From Peribolospora baueri (lineage: Eukaryota): a stretch of 64,000 nt of DNA. How positions within the stretch are numbered: the first letter of the stretch is position 1; each line of letters begins with the position of its first letter. Made by a program: the position numbers and the translations under genes. This document shows positions 26,717 through 39,480 of this stretch, piece by piece. The notes under the pieces are model-generated. The model saw only the letters and a list, made by a program, of their open reading frames with translations. It ran no database searches and was not told where the DNA came from. The stretch covers positions 62,001 through 126,000 of the forward strand of contig JAMDHS010000012.1 of NCBI GenBank assembly GCA_029717555.1. Reading direction: 5' to 3'.

Positions 26717-29700
26717 ATGCCCGCGAGCAACGACGTCGCCGTCGCTGCCAAGCTGGTTGCTGAAGGCGGGGCGAGCTCGGCCGCGGAGGCCCGTACCAAC
26801 GGTCACGCTCTCCCTCGGCTCGAGGGGCAGCAGCAGATCAAGGCCAACGGCTCTTCCTTGGTACCTCCCTCTCCCACGTCCGACCTGTCCGCTCACTCTC
26901 CCATCTCAGCCAGCCTTGCGGTGACGGTCCCCACCCCAGCCTTACAAACATCCCAACCCCCATCAGCGACTCCCTCCTCCCCCACGACCGAAATCTCCCC
27001 CGCGGACGCCGACGCCGACGAGGAAGAGCAGGAACAGGAACTCGACGATCCGCCGGGCAGCGAGCAGGAACACGAACACGACGATCCGCCGAGCAGCTCG
27101 GAGGAGGAGGACGCGGCGGCCAAGCCGGACGACCTCGACGCCGATGGCGACTTCGAGCTCGCTGATGAGCCACAGCTTGGACGGGGAAAAGTGGACGAGG
27201 ACGAGGACCAGGACGAGGATGCAGAAGAAGAGGCGGACACCGACGATAAGGGCGCCCGCCTGCCCGCCGGACCGAGGCCATCCGGAGGGGCGCCGCCGAC
27301 GACGAAGAAGACAAAGTTGAAAAAACGCGGCTTTGCAGATGCAGAGGCTGATCCCGCTTTGTATGGCTTGAGGCGGTCGGTGAGTCGCCAGCCCGTGGCC
27401 TTTTTCTTCTTTTTTTTTTATCCCTTCGTCTCTTCTTTTTTTGTCTTTTTTGATTTCTCCTTTCGCTCGGCCTCTTTTCTTCTTTTTTTGTCTTTTTGGT
27501 TTCTCCTTTCGCTTGGCCTCTTTTCTTCTTTTTTTTTTTGTCTTTTTTGGTTTCTCCTTTCGCTTGGCCTCTTTTCTTTTCTTTTTCTTTTTCTTTTTTA
27601 GTCTTTTTGATTTCTTCGTTCGCATGGCCTCTTTTCTTCTTTTTTTTTAATTGTCCTTTTGCCCTTCCTCTCTCGCCTCTTTTCTTTTTTTTGTCTTTTT
27701 TGTTTTCTCCGGACGTTTCGGCGGTCGAGGAACCGATGCACGGGTGCTGACGACCGGGCTTCTTTCTCGTCCTCGCTCCTCGGTGCAGGGACGTGAGCGA
27801 GCAAAACCTCAGGTGAGTCCACCGATCGCTCTCAAGCGCTCGTAACGCCCGGACGCTGAACGAGGCGCATACATTCCTATCTTGTCCTTCACCATCGCTC
27901 GTAGGTATACACCGGCATGGAGACCTCGGACGACGACGATGATGATGAGATCCGCGGCTATGCGCCCAGCAAGCCGTCCAAAAAGGGGAAAGCCAAGGGT
28001 GAGCACGTCGATGGAAGGTGGCCGTACGTACATACGTTTTACCGTCTTGTCTGACGTGGTCCGCCTCTCCTCCTCGCCACAAAGACACCTCCAACGGCAC
28101 CTTTCCCTCTCGTTCCCTCGCTACGCCCGGCTCTTCCGAATCCGACGAGGACTACGGCGCACGCTCTAAAAAGGCCGGCATGGGCCGCTCCCGCAAGCGC
28201 TCCCGACTCTATTCCCCTGGCGCCACCGCCATCCCCGCTGTCTCATCGGGCGCCGGCGTCGGCGCGGCCGGCGCGGGACCAGCGTCCGCGTCCGGCCACC
28301 TCGGAGGCGAGTTTGCGGACGTGACGCGAATCTCTGCGAGGAACGGAAAGCGGATTCCGAACTATAATGAGGAAAGCATGGCGCTCGACTTGAGCGACGA
28401 GGAGGACGAGGAGTATTATCCTGCGCAGGTTCTGGTTCAAGAGGGTGAGCGAGCGGTCGAGCGTCGTCTTTCTCCGCATGGTCCCGATCGCTCACCTGCG
28501 TCCTGGACGCTATCCCTCTCGTTCGCCCGCCTTTTTCGTTTTTTGTCTCGCAGAAGAGACGGACGTCATAGACGGCGTGTTCGGTCACGAGCGCGACGAG
28601 GAGCACTGTGAGTCGAGTCGGCCTGGCCTTGCCGCCCGAGGACGATTCGGAAAGCTGGAAGGAGTCGCTGACATCTTCGACCTTTGATTCCCCTCGGCGT
28701 CATCCAGTGGACGATCCAGAAGACATTCCGACGGTCAACCTCCGTTTCCTGATCAAGTGGAAGGACTACTCTCATCTCCACAACACGATGGAGCTCTACG
28801 AGTTCCTCAAGCGCTTTAAAGGCTTCAAGCGCGTCGAGAATTATATCCGACAGGTCTGGCAGCCGCAGAATGCCATCCTCAAGGACCCCACAACGAGCAG
28901 GGAAGATCTCGAGGCACTGGAGATCGACAAGGAGAGGCAGAAAGAGGTCCTCGAGAGCTTCCAGACCGTCGAGCGCATCGTCGCCCAGCGCGACGCGCCC
29001 GCGAACAAGGACGTGCCGTACCCGCACCTGAGCTACTTTGTCAAGTGGAAGGGCCTTTGGTATGCGGAGTGCACATGGGAGGTGAATGGCTGTCTCGTAA
29101 CGCTCGCCTTGCGTATCCTACACGTCACTCACTCTTCTCGTTCGCCTTCCGTGTCCCACACGTCACTCACTCGTCTCCTTATCGCCTCGCGTAATCGTCT
29201 GACCGTCTGCCAGTCTCACGATGACATCAAGAAGATCGCTCCGAACGCCATCGAGAGCTATCTCAAGCGCGCCGCTTCGCCCATGGTCCCTGCCAACTCT
29301 ACCAATTACGGAAGGGAGAGACCGGCGTACCAGCGCATGACCGAACAGCCCGAGTACATGAAGGTCGGAGGCACACTCAAGGACTTTCAGGTCACCGGCC
29401 TCAACTGGCTCGCTTATAATTGGAGCCGGTTCGCTAATGGGATTTTGGCCGACGAGGTGAGGTTTCGCTTTTCGTTTTGAAGCTACCGCCGGACTGCCAA
29501 GGGATGGGATGGGATGGTCCGAGTCACTGATGGACTTTCTCGCCGTTTCGCCTCTGTCCAGATGGGTCTCGGCAAGACGGTGCAGACAGTCTGCTTCCTC
29601 TCCTGGCTTTGTCACACGGCCCGTCAGTACGGACCGCACCTCGTCGTCGTGCCTCTGTCCACCATCCCCGCCTGGCAGACCACCTTTGAGACCTGGGCGC

Positions 29701-32700
29701 CGGATCTCAACGTGGTGACGTACATGGGTAACAGCAAGAGCCGTCAGATCATCCGCGACTTTGAGTTCGGCCCGCTCAAGAGGCTCCGGTTCAACGTCCT
29801 CATCACCACGTACGAGTTCATCTTGAAGGACAAAGCGGACCTCGGGCAGATCAAGTGGCAGTTCATGGCCGTCGACGAAGTGAGCGACGAAACGCGGCGG
29901 TTCTTTCGCCTACTCCTGCGCTTCATGCTCAATGGACTGCCCTCTTCGTTTTCTCCCGCTTGTTCTCTAGGCCCACCGGCTCAAGAACTCGGAGGCTCAG
30001 TTGTACGACTGTTTGAGCGGCTTCCACACCTCGGGAAAGCTCCTCATCACCGGCACTCCTCTTCAGAACACGGTAAAAGGTGAGTGGTGGGCCGTCTGAT
30101 AGGATTGACCGCGGCGCGCTAGTTATTTGTAGCCTTTCTACGCGGACTGAACGTACTTTTGTCGGTCGTCTCCGTTTCTTTCATAGAACTTCTCGCCCTG
30201 CTCCACTTCCTCCGACCGGAACAGTTCCAACTCACGAGCGATTTTGACATGAACGACTTTGATCAAGCAAAGATCAAGGATTTGCACGACAAGCTGGAGA
30301 ACGTGATGATCCGAAGGTTGAAGCGTGACGTGATCAAGGAGCTGCCCACCAAATCGGAGAGGATCCTGCGCGTGGAGATGAGCGCACTGCAGAGGCAGAT
30401 GTACAAGGCCATCTTGACGAAGAACTTTAGCTTGCTCAACGGCACCAACACGGCTCAGTTTAGCTTGCTTAACATTGCCATCGAGCTCAAGAAGTGAGTT
30501 GCGGAGCCCCGGGGTGAGGGTCGGGGTGGAGGGATGCCTTCTTTGGGGGCCGGGGGCCCGGGGGGGGGGGGGGGGGGATGCCTCCTTTCGAACCGTTTTT
30601 ATGGTGCGCCGCGCGTCGGTCTGGCTCGGCGGGCTGACTTTGTCATCGATTGCTTTTACTCGCCTTCTCGTCGTCGCTCAGAGCGTCCAATCATCCCGTG
30701 AGTAGATGGTTCCACGCTGGCTGGCGTTCATGCGTTCGTAGCTTCTCTCGGTTGACGCAACAAAAATTGCCGTCGTTTGCTTCGCAACAGTACCTCTTCA
30801 ATGGCGCCGAGAAAAAGACGGACAGTCGAGAGGATACGCTCCGTGGGCTCGTCATGCATTCTGGCAAGATGGTCCTACTCGACAAGTTGCTGGTTAGGTT
30901 GAAGCAGGATGGCCACAGGGTCCTCATCTTCAGCCAAGTGAGTTTCGAAGGCGAAGCGGGGGGAGCACCTGGATTGTGAGACACTTACTGGCTTGCTCGG
31001 ACGGCGCTGTTTTGTCTCCTTTGTGCAGATGGTGCGCATGTTGGACATCCTCTCCGACTACTTGTCTCTGCGAGGCTATATCTTCCAGCGGCTCGATGGC
31101 ACGATCTCCTCGGAGATGCGTCGCAAGGCGATCGAGCATTTCAACGCTCCCGGTTCGCCGGACTTTGCCTTCCTCCTCTCCACTCGTGCCGGCGGGCTCG
31201 GCATCAACCTTGAGACGGCCGACACGGTCATCATCTTCGACAGTGATTGGAACCCACAGAACGACTTGCAGGCCATGGCGCGTGCTCATCGACTCAATTC
31301 CAAATTCCACGTCAGCGTCTTCCGCTTCCTCACCAAGGACACGGTCGAGGAGGACGTCCTGGAGCGCGCTATGAGGAAGATGGTCCTCGAGGCTGCCATC
31401 ATCTCCCAAATGGACACGTGCGTAGTCTTCGTCGAGGAGGAGCGAACGCGGATGTACGCTCCGGATGCTTACTCTTCTTCTTCTCGCATTTTGGACAGAT
31501 CTGGTGCTACGTTTTCCCCCAAGGCGTCGACCGCCAACAAGGCCAACAATTTCAGCAAGGAAGAGCTGAGTGCCATCCTCAAGTTCGGTGCGCAGAACAT
31601 GTTCAAACACGATGACAACGACGAACAGCAGAAAAAGCTGGACGCTATGGACCTTGACGACATCCTCAGCCGCGCCGAAGCGCACGAGACGCAGGGCGAT
31701 CCGACTGGCGCCTCCGCTGGCGGTCAAGGCTTCCTCGAGTCGTTCGCCGCTGTCCAGGACTTCAAAGCGGACGATATGAACTGGGAAGACATCATTCCCG
31801 TGGAGGAGAGGCAGAAGATAGAGGAAGAGGAGCAGCAGAAGGCCGCGGCCGAGCAGGCCGAGCTTCAAAGCCGTCGACGGGCCGCCGCACAGGTCGCGCC
31901 GGGCACGTACGAAGGCGCTGACGGCCCCGATCCCGGTGCGTCAAAGTCTTCGGACGGAGGCGAAGGCAACAAGAAGCGGCAGACGGGTCCACGTAAATCG
32001 GCGGCGCAGCGCTCGATGGAGATGAAGGAGAGGGACGTGCGCGTCCTCGTCCGCGGCATTCAGCGGTGGGGCGACCCACAGTATCGGTATGAGCAGACGG
32101 TCACCGAGGGTAGGCTGCAGGACAAGAACCGGGCCGTCATTCTAGAAATAGCCGAGGAACTCTTGAACATTTGCGAAAAGGCCATCGACGACCATGCGGC
32201 GTCTATGAAAGCAAAGCAGGAGGCAGGCGAGGAAATCTCGTCTGCGCTCAAGCAGAAGGCCGTCCTTGTCGACTATCGCAAGGTCGGAAACATTAACGCG
32301 GAGACGGTGAGTTTTTACATTCTACCGATTTTCTCCTCTCCCCCGCTTCTCTTTCCCCTGCATCTCGACTGGCCCGGCTCGGTGTCCATCGTCTCGGTTC
32401 TGACGACCGTCATCGCGTTATATATCGTGTTCGCGCAGTTTGTGTCTCGGTATAGAGACCTGCGCTTGCTTGCGGAGACTCTGGACAAGGTACCGGATAT
32501 TTTGGACTGGAACATCCCCGTCGAGCATCTCAAGGCGACCTTGAACTGGACCGGCGGATGGGGACCTCAGGAAGATTCTAAACTTCTCGTCGGCATCTTC
32601 AAGTACGGTTTCGGCGGCTGGGAGGCGATCCAGGCTGATCCGGACCTCGGTATGGAAGGCAAATTCTTCCTCGAGGACAACAAGGCGAAGAACGAGGAGG

Positions 32701-33539
32701 GCAAGGCCAAGGCGATCCCCAACGCCATCCACCTCGTTCGCCGGGGCGACTATCTCCTCAAGGTGCTTCGCGAGTACGACGAGAACCTGAAAAACTATCA
32801 GCGAACCGTGCAGCAGCAGGTTCAGACCGGGTCGTCGTCGTCGTCGTCCAAGAAGTCGGCCAAAGGTCGCGCGAGCGACTCTCCTGCGCCCTCCACCGCG
32901 AGCGCCAAGGGTGCCAAAGGGACGAGTGCGGAGGAGACGGGTCGGAAACGGCGAAGGACGCCGACGTTCACAGATTCTTCGGACGAGAAGAGCGCTTATT
33001 CGAGCATGGACGAGGTGAGGACTCCGATCGCGATCGCCCGCAGTGGATGGTGAGAGGAGGGCCAGGGAGGCTATGGCGCTGATGTTGCCTGTCTTATCGC
33101 GCAGACCGAGTGCAAAGAGCTCCTGCGACCAGTCAAGAAGGAGCTCAAACAGCTCAAACAGGGTACCGATCACCTTCCCCGGGCCGAGAAGGTGCAAGTG
33201 CTCAAGAGCTGCCTGTCCGCCATCGGCGCGCGTATCGACTATGTCGTCAAGAACGAGGTGGACGCGAAGTCGGCGAAGGAGAAGCAAAAGTGGCGGAAAC
33301 ATCTTTGGGTCTTTTGTTCCTTCTTCTGGCCCAGAAAGGTGAGCAGGCCACCTCCGCCCGGGTGCCGCACTCGTTCTCACCCTGGTGTGCCAAGCCCAAA
33401 ATCTGACGACCATCCGTGTTCTTCACGCCAGGTACAATGGTCGAAGCTCGAAAGCATCTTCCAGAAGCTCGTCGGGAACGGGGCGTCGACGGCGATGGAG
33501 AGCGGCAGTCCTCCGCGCAAGGCGCCGCGATTGACTTAG
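26717..33539 (+). CDS. CHD1: Chromodomain-helicase-DNA-binding chromatin remodeller Chd1 (Hrp1/Hrp3 type), multi-exon
   Basis: Tandem chromodomains ([30 protein letters not shown]), SNF2 motifs ([70 protein letters not shown]), SANT/SLIDE-like [22 protein letters not shown] and C-terminal [14 protein letters not shown]. Confidence 0.95.
27430..27710. repeat. T-rich degenerate minisatellite (unit about 48-60 nt, 4-5 copies) inside CHD1 intron 1
   Basis: Repeated core gtctttttggtttctcctttcgcttggcctcttttct separated by T runs of variable length. Confidence 0.85.
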
Positions 33540-34313
33540 AAAAAGCGGTTCCTGTCACCCTTTTCTCTTTTTTTTTATGTTTTTTTCTTGATACATTAGC
33601 CTCGAGCGACGCTGCTTTCGTGCACACAGATTACGCTGCTTTCTTGTTTTCTCTTTTTCTCAACCTCGCTCCTTTCCTCTCCTTTGCTCCTTTCATCCAT
33701 CGGTCGGTTCACGCTACGGGCTCTCCCCTTCCTCCTCGTTGCTCCGTGTACAACATCCCATGTGACGCTCGCTGGCCTCTTCTCGCTCGCCGTAGCATAC
33801 CGCACAGTCCCCCACCCGCCTAGCTGGAGCTCAGGGTTTCTTTCCCTCGTCTGCCTCTTCTGTCGGCCTCGCCAGTGGGTCGGTAGTTGAGATGTACTGT
33901 GAATGCCGCTCGTCTTGTTATCCCTTTCATGCATTCTATATGACTAGAAGGACTCTTGACGATGTTACTCGTACGCCACTCGAGTCCGTCCGATACGCAG
34001 AGCGCGACAATTCCCCGCGATCGCGGCAGCGGCGACTCCGCACCTCTGGACGATCCACGGCGCCAAGACCGATGGTGGTGGCGATAAGGAGCGCCTGGGT
34101 CGACGGCGGAGAGCGACAGACAGACGGATGATGAGCTGGTTTCACCGGAGAAAAAAGGAAGACCGACGAGGCCCTTCATGCGGGGGGGAGGGGTGGTTGT
34201 CTGAAAGCTAAGGTACATTCTATCGCGTCGACGATCGAGCATTTCGCCCGTCTCGGACGCAGACGGCAGGTGGGAAGACGTTCCGTTCCGTTGGATCACT
34301 TAATCTACATACA

Positions 34314-35414
34314 CTACACGCTCATCTTCATTTCGATCTTTCCGTGCGGTTTGTAACCGTCGACGACAAAGTCCTCGTACCGGTACGCGTCGACGCCGCC
34401 AGCGCTCTCCACTTCCTCCCTACTCCTAGCGATGCGCACCTTGGGAAACGGCTTGGGCTCGCGCTCGAGCTGCACGCGCAGAGCATCGACATGATCGAGG
34501 TAGACATGCGCGTCACCGGCCTGAAGGATGAATTCGTGTGGCTCAGTGTCGGTGAGGTGGGCGATGAGATGGGTGAGCAGGGCGTAGGAGGCAATGTTGA
34601 ATGGCACGCCGAGGCCTAGGTCGCAGGAGCGTTGGTACATGAGGCAAGACAGCCGCGGTCGTTGAGGGGAAGAGATGGAGGACGAGGAGGAGGGTTGAGG
34701 AAGTGAGACGAAGAATTGACAGAACATGTGGCACGGCGGGAGAGCCATCTGGGGTATATCTGCGTGTGAGACGGAAAGAAATGACGCCCGGTCACCATCG
34801 GCTCACACAAGAGATGAAGCTCTGACGGCTCGGACCACAGAGACTATCCCACCTGCAGGGTTCCACGCGCTGAGAATGATCCTTCGATCCGTCGGGTTGT
34901 GTTTGATCTTGTGAATCACCTCGTTGAGCTGGTCGACGCCCTGGCCGGTGTAGTCGGCGTCGCAATCGGTGTAAGTAGCGCCAAAGTGCCTCCATTGGAA
35001 ACCGTATACCGGGCCCAAATCGCCCTCTCTGCGATGTCCAAGGCCCTGCTTCTCCAAAAATTCCTTCGAACCGTTGCCATCCCAGATGTGTACGCCCTTT
35101 GCGGAGAGCAGCTTGGAGTCCGTGCGGCCCTGGACGAACCAGAGGAGCTCCTCAAGCACACCCCGGAGGAAGACGCGTTTCGTGGTAAGCAGCGGCAAGG
35201 TGCCGTCCGCTAGAGAAAAGCGTAGTGAAGGGGGGGCGAAGACAGCGAGCGTGCCGGTGCCCGTTCTGTCGCCTCGGCGTTCGCCTTCGTCCATGACTCT
35301 TCGGATGAGGTCAAGGTACTGGTACTCCTCGTGCCGGCGGCCGAGAGCATTCTCGCTGTGGCCATTTGAGGCCGTCTGACACGCTGGGCCAGTGGAAAGC
35401 TCGCCGTCTGCCAT
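34314..35414 (-). CDS. CDC21: Thymidylate synthase (2 exons)
   Basis: [65 protein letters not shown] (catalytic Cys), [21 protein letters not shown] and C-terminal KIEMKMSV. Confidence 0.97.
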
Positions 35415-35464
35415 GATTGCTGCCGGAGGAGGATGTGATGGTGGATGGTTGCGATGTCCCGTCG

Positions 35465-35560
35465 AGCGCGCGTGAGCGCGTCCGATTCATTTACGCGTGC
35501 ATGTGGCCTTCGTGGCCCTCCGCACGTGACGTTCCTTTGTGCGCGCCAGGGGGACGCGAA
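35465..35560. promoter_or_regulatory. MCB-like elements (ACGCGT at 35493-35498, GCGCGT, ACGCGAA) and a GTCACGTG E-box in the divergent thymidylate synthase / NimA-kinase promoter
   Basis: Motifs read directly. MCB control of the yeast thymidylate synthase gene is established; function here is inferred. Confidence 0.5.
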
Positions 35561-35807
35561 CGCTCCCGGCTGCGGCAGCTCTCAACAAACTGGGAATGCC
35601 TGCTTCGAGGGCGAACTGTGAGACAACCAACCGAGCGGATCTCGTCCACACCGACCGACCGATTTACGCAATGCAGCCGCCTCCGAGCACATAGTATTTG
35701 GCTCTCCTTTATTCAATATACCCTTGTCCCTTTGTCGGGGACCGATTCAATCGTGACGACTCTCCTTTCGTCTTCCCCCACTCTTACCCTCAACCCCGCC
35801 CCGCACG

Positions 35808-38800
35808 ATGGCATCAAGGACACCAGGCACAGGGCCCCAGGGCGAAAGCCGCCCACCGAATCAGCCCCGGCAGTCTTCCGCCAATTCGGTGGCTACCATG
35901 TTTGACCAATACGAGTCTTTGGACGTGATCGGAAATGGCACGTTCGGCATCATCCGGAAGGTTAGGAGGAAGTCCGACGGTGAGGTGAGCGATGATTGTC
36001 CAGCGTATGCGTATGAGAGGAAGAGCCTCCCCGGACGGAAGTATGAGAAAGCGTATTTTCGCGGCAAATAATGCTGACTCTTCCTTCTTGCATATTTGAC
36101 CAGGTATTTGCCCGCAAGGAGCTCAATTTCGAACGCATGCCGGAGAGGGACCGAAAACAAATCGTAGCGGAGGTGTACGTCCCCTGAGCTCCCAGTGACC
36201 ATCCAAGAATTCGATGAATTTACTCATATTTTCCTTGCGTTTTTGATGTGCTTACTTGTCTTGACAGTAATATCCTCCGAACACTGAACCACGACAACAT
36301 CGTCCGGTACATCGAGCGCTTCGTCGATGCCGAAAATGGCATGCTCTACATCGTCATGGAGTATTGCGAGGGAGGGGACCTGGGGAGCGTCATCAAGAAG
36401 TGTCGAAAAATGAAGTGAGCAGCCTTTGGCTTCATTTTGGCGCGACAAACGGTCTGATTCACCGTGCTGGTGCATGCCGGGTTTAGTCGATATCTGCCCG
36501 AAGACACCGTCTGGATGTACCTCGCCCAGCTCGTTTCGGCGCTCGACACCTGCCATTACCGAGTTGCTGCTGCCTCCACAACGCCAGCGCAGGGTGCTGC
36601 ACCCAACGGTGCGGGCGCACAGCCTCGGAACACACCGACGCTGTTGCCTGCCATTTTGCATAGGGACCTCAAGCCGGAAAATGGTTAAGTCGGATTCTGT
36701 CTCTCCGTTGTCAACAGTGCATGGTACTTTGGCGAGCTTTTCGGTCAGCCAAAGCAATTTACTGATTTCGTGGGTGCTTTTTGTTCTTTTATTTTTTAGT
36801 GTTCCTCGACAAGGATGACAATGTCAAGCTGGGAGACTTTGGCTTGTCGAAACAGATGGGCCCAGCGTGTTTCGCGCAAACCTACGTCGGCGTGAGTGAG
36901 AAGCGGACACCACTCTTGGAGGTCGGCCGAAGTCTTGCTGACAGCCGTTTTGGACTCTGGAACTCGAAATATAGACACCTTACTACATGTCTCCCGAGCT
37001 GGCTACCGGCTCACCTTATGACATCAAGTCAGACGTTTGGGCATTGGGCTGTATTGCGTACGAATTGTGCGCCTTGATGTGAGTCTTCCTTTTCATTTTA
37101 CCTTTTGCTCGCCACGCACTTACGGTCATTGCACCATGCCTTTACAGGCCTCCTTTCGACGCATCCTCTCAAGCCGAGCTGACGCAGAAGATCAAGCGGG
37201 GTTTGGTTCCTGAGCTTCCGCGCGGATTCTCGCCCGGCCTCAGCGTGGTCATAAGAAGCATGCTGCAATTAGATGTGAGCTCGCTTTTCCCTGCTGCGAG
37301 CAGTAGTCAGCGTCTCCTACCGGCACGAGGTCATTGACATGCTTCTTTCGTGTTCAGCCGGCAAAACGACCAACCACTCGAGATCTCCTGAGTCATATGC
37401 AAATTAAAGCAGCAAACCGATTGGTAGAGGCCACCAAGCTGTGAGTCCTGACCGATGCTAGCCCGCACTTTGTTGTGGATTGTCCTTCTTATCCCATCAT
37501 ACGGTTTCTTCTCTTTTCGTGCCAGTCGCAATTTCTTACGTGGCGAAAAACTCGCTTACTCTCAGAAAGCGGAAGACCTTTCCTGCCGCGAGGCAAAGCT
37601 TCAAGAAGCACTAGCGAGTCTTTCGACGCGAGAAGCCGAGGTGGCAGCGCGGGAGCAGGCCTCTGCGGCGGCCATGGAGCAAGCGGAGACTTACGCACGG
37701 CGCGTCAAGGAGCGCGAGGAGGAATTATCGTCCAAATGGGAGGAATGGAACAAGGAGGTCATCGCCACGAGGGCGCAACTGGCCGCGGAGCTACGAGAGA
37801 GGAGAAAGAGCGCCAAGGTGTTGACGAAGGAGCCGAACTTGGAGATGGAGAATGATACGCTCGACCGAGAGAAGGGGACCGTGGACACGGATGGCGAACC
37901 AGATAAGGGGCCCGTCATGAACGAGAATATGGACCCGTACGTTTCGCCCACCGTGGACCGTTCCATGAAGTCTGCAGTTTTTACGGGCCGAAATCAGACT
38001 CCAGCCCGGGCGGATAGGCTACCGCTCTCACCGCGTCGTCAAAAGTCCATGTGAGTCGCCGGAGAACTAGACGAACGAAGGGAACGAAGGGAGTGAGCTG
38101 CCGCGGTGAGAGCTTTTCACGGATTGACTTTAATGCCTTGCTTATTACAGGGATCTGGGGACGCCGGCATCTGTCCTGTCTCTCATGGACGTAGACACGC
38201 CGTACCGACGGTTTGATGATGAAGGCACGCCATCAAAGGTCCCCGTTCCCGCAGCGTCCGCATTATCGAGAAGACTCACCAATGGCCCTCGTTCTTCTTC
38301 TGCTCGGCGTCTGCAAGACCTAATCAGCTCCGGTGGCAATACGGCTGGCTTGGCTTCCGTCAACCACCTCGGCGCCGCCGTCGATAAGGAAAGAGAGAGG
38401 CTACGAACTCTGGGCTTGGGCAGTCGGCGTTCAAGAAGCAGCTGGAACTTGCTTGAGGAAGAGGCTGAGCGGTCACAAGATGAGGAAGATGGGGTGAACA
38501 ACGACAACGAGGAGAACGGATCTGACGACTTACCAGCTCGGCCCCGCACCACCAGCCGCCCTTCAGCACCAGCGGTCCTGCAACAACACCAAGCCGCCTC
38601 AGCACGAGCACCAGAGCCAGTATATGACCTGGACGACGAAGAGAATCTCCCATCGCCGTTTCTGCGCAAGGCCGAGATTTTGCTCGGTAAATCCGCCACG
38701 GCTGAGGCCGCCGCTTCAAACCATAAGGGCATGACCGAGCTGAGGAGGAGGGCGACGATGGCGAACGCGGAGAGGGCGCGGGAGAGGAGGAAAAGCATGG

Positions 38801-39132
38801 GTATCGTGGGCACTTCTTCTCCATCTCTAGATACAGCCGAGGCGTTCTCGTCGCCGTCGACGGCCCCTATCCAACAAGTCGCCTTCCCTTCGCTCTCCAA
38901 AGCTCCTACGTCGACGTCCACACCGGACGGCGGAGGCGCCTCCGCCGTCGTGGCCGGCGCAAGGAGGACTCGTCTGTCTCTTGCTGCGCGCCGACTGTCG
39001 GCTGTTGACAGTGCTATTGGCAGTTCTGGTTCGCTTTTAGCGACCGCCTCTTCTCGAGCACCGGTGGGAGCGCCTAGGTCTTCCGCCGCTGCTGTCAGGG
39101 TTGGTCCAGCGAGAGTAGGGACAAGATCATAA
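35808..39132 (+). CDS. nimA: NimA/Nek-family Ser/Thr protein kinase with coiled coil and disordered tail, multi-exon (alternative start 35898)
   Basis: [102 protein letters not shown]. Tail motif [16 protein letters not shown]. Confidence 0.9.
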
Positions 39133-39480
39133 TCCTTGTTGTGGACAGCATTTTTTTTTTCTTTTTGGCTTTCGTCCTCGCGTTTTGCTTTCATCTCCTG
39201 CCTTGCGTCTTGCTGTGCTTTCTCTCGGATGGGCTCCCTCTCGTTCGGACGATCCTCCCTTCCGTGGACCTAAACAGTAATATATTCGTTGCATTCGACC
39301 ATTGCCGAGAGCCGCTGGGCATGAGTTGCAGTGGCCCGAGCGCGCGTGGTCGCCGACCTCCGCGTTTGTCCGATGGAAGAAAGGTCGCGCCACGATCAGG
39401 TCGGACGTCTGGACGACGGTTCCCTTTCCAACTTCACCCCACCCGCCGACGTCTTGCACCTTTGCCACAACGTGTCCTGA

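Noticed and set aside
27430..27710. Repeat with variable spacers as a CRISPR-like array
   Set aside because: Spacers are only T runs, the context is a eukaryotic intron, and there are no cas genes.
26838..28100. Lys-rich minus-strand ORFs (420 and 220 aa)
   Set aside because: Translations of the T-rich intronic minisatellite of CHD1.
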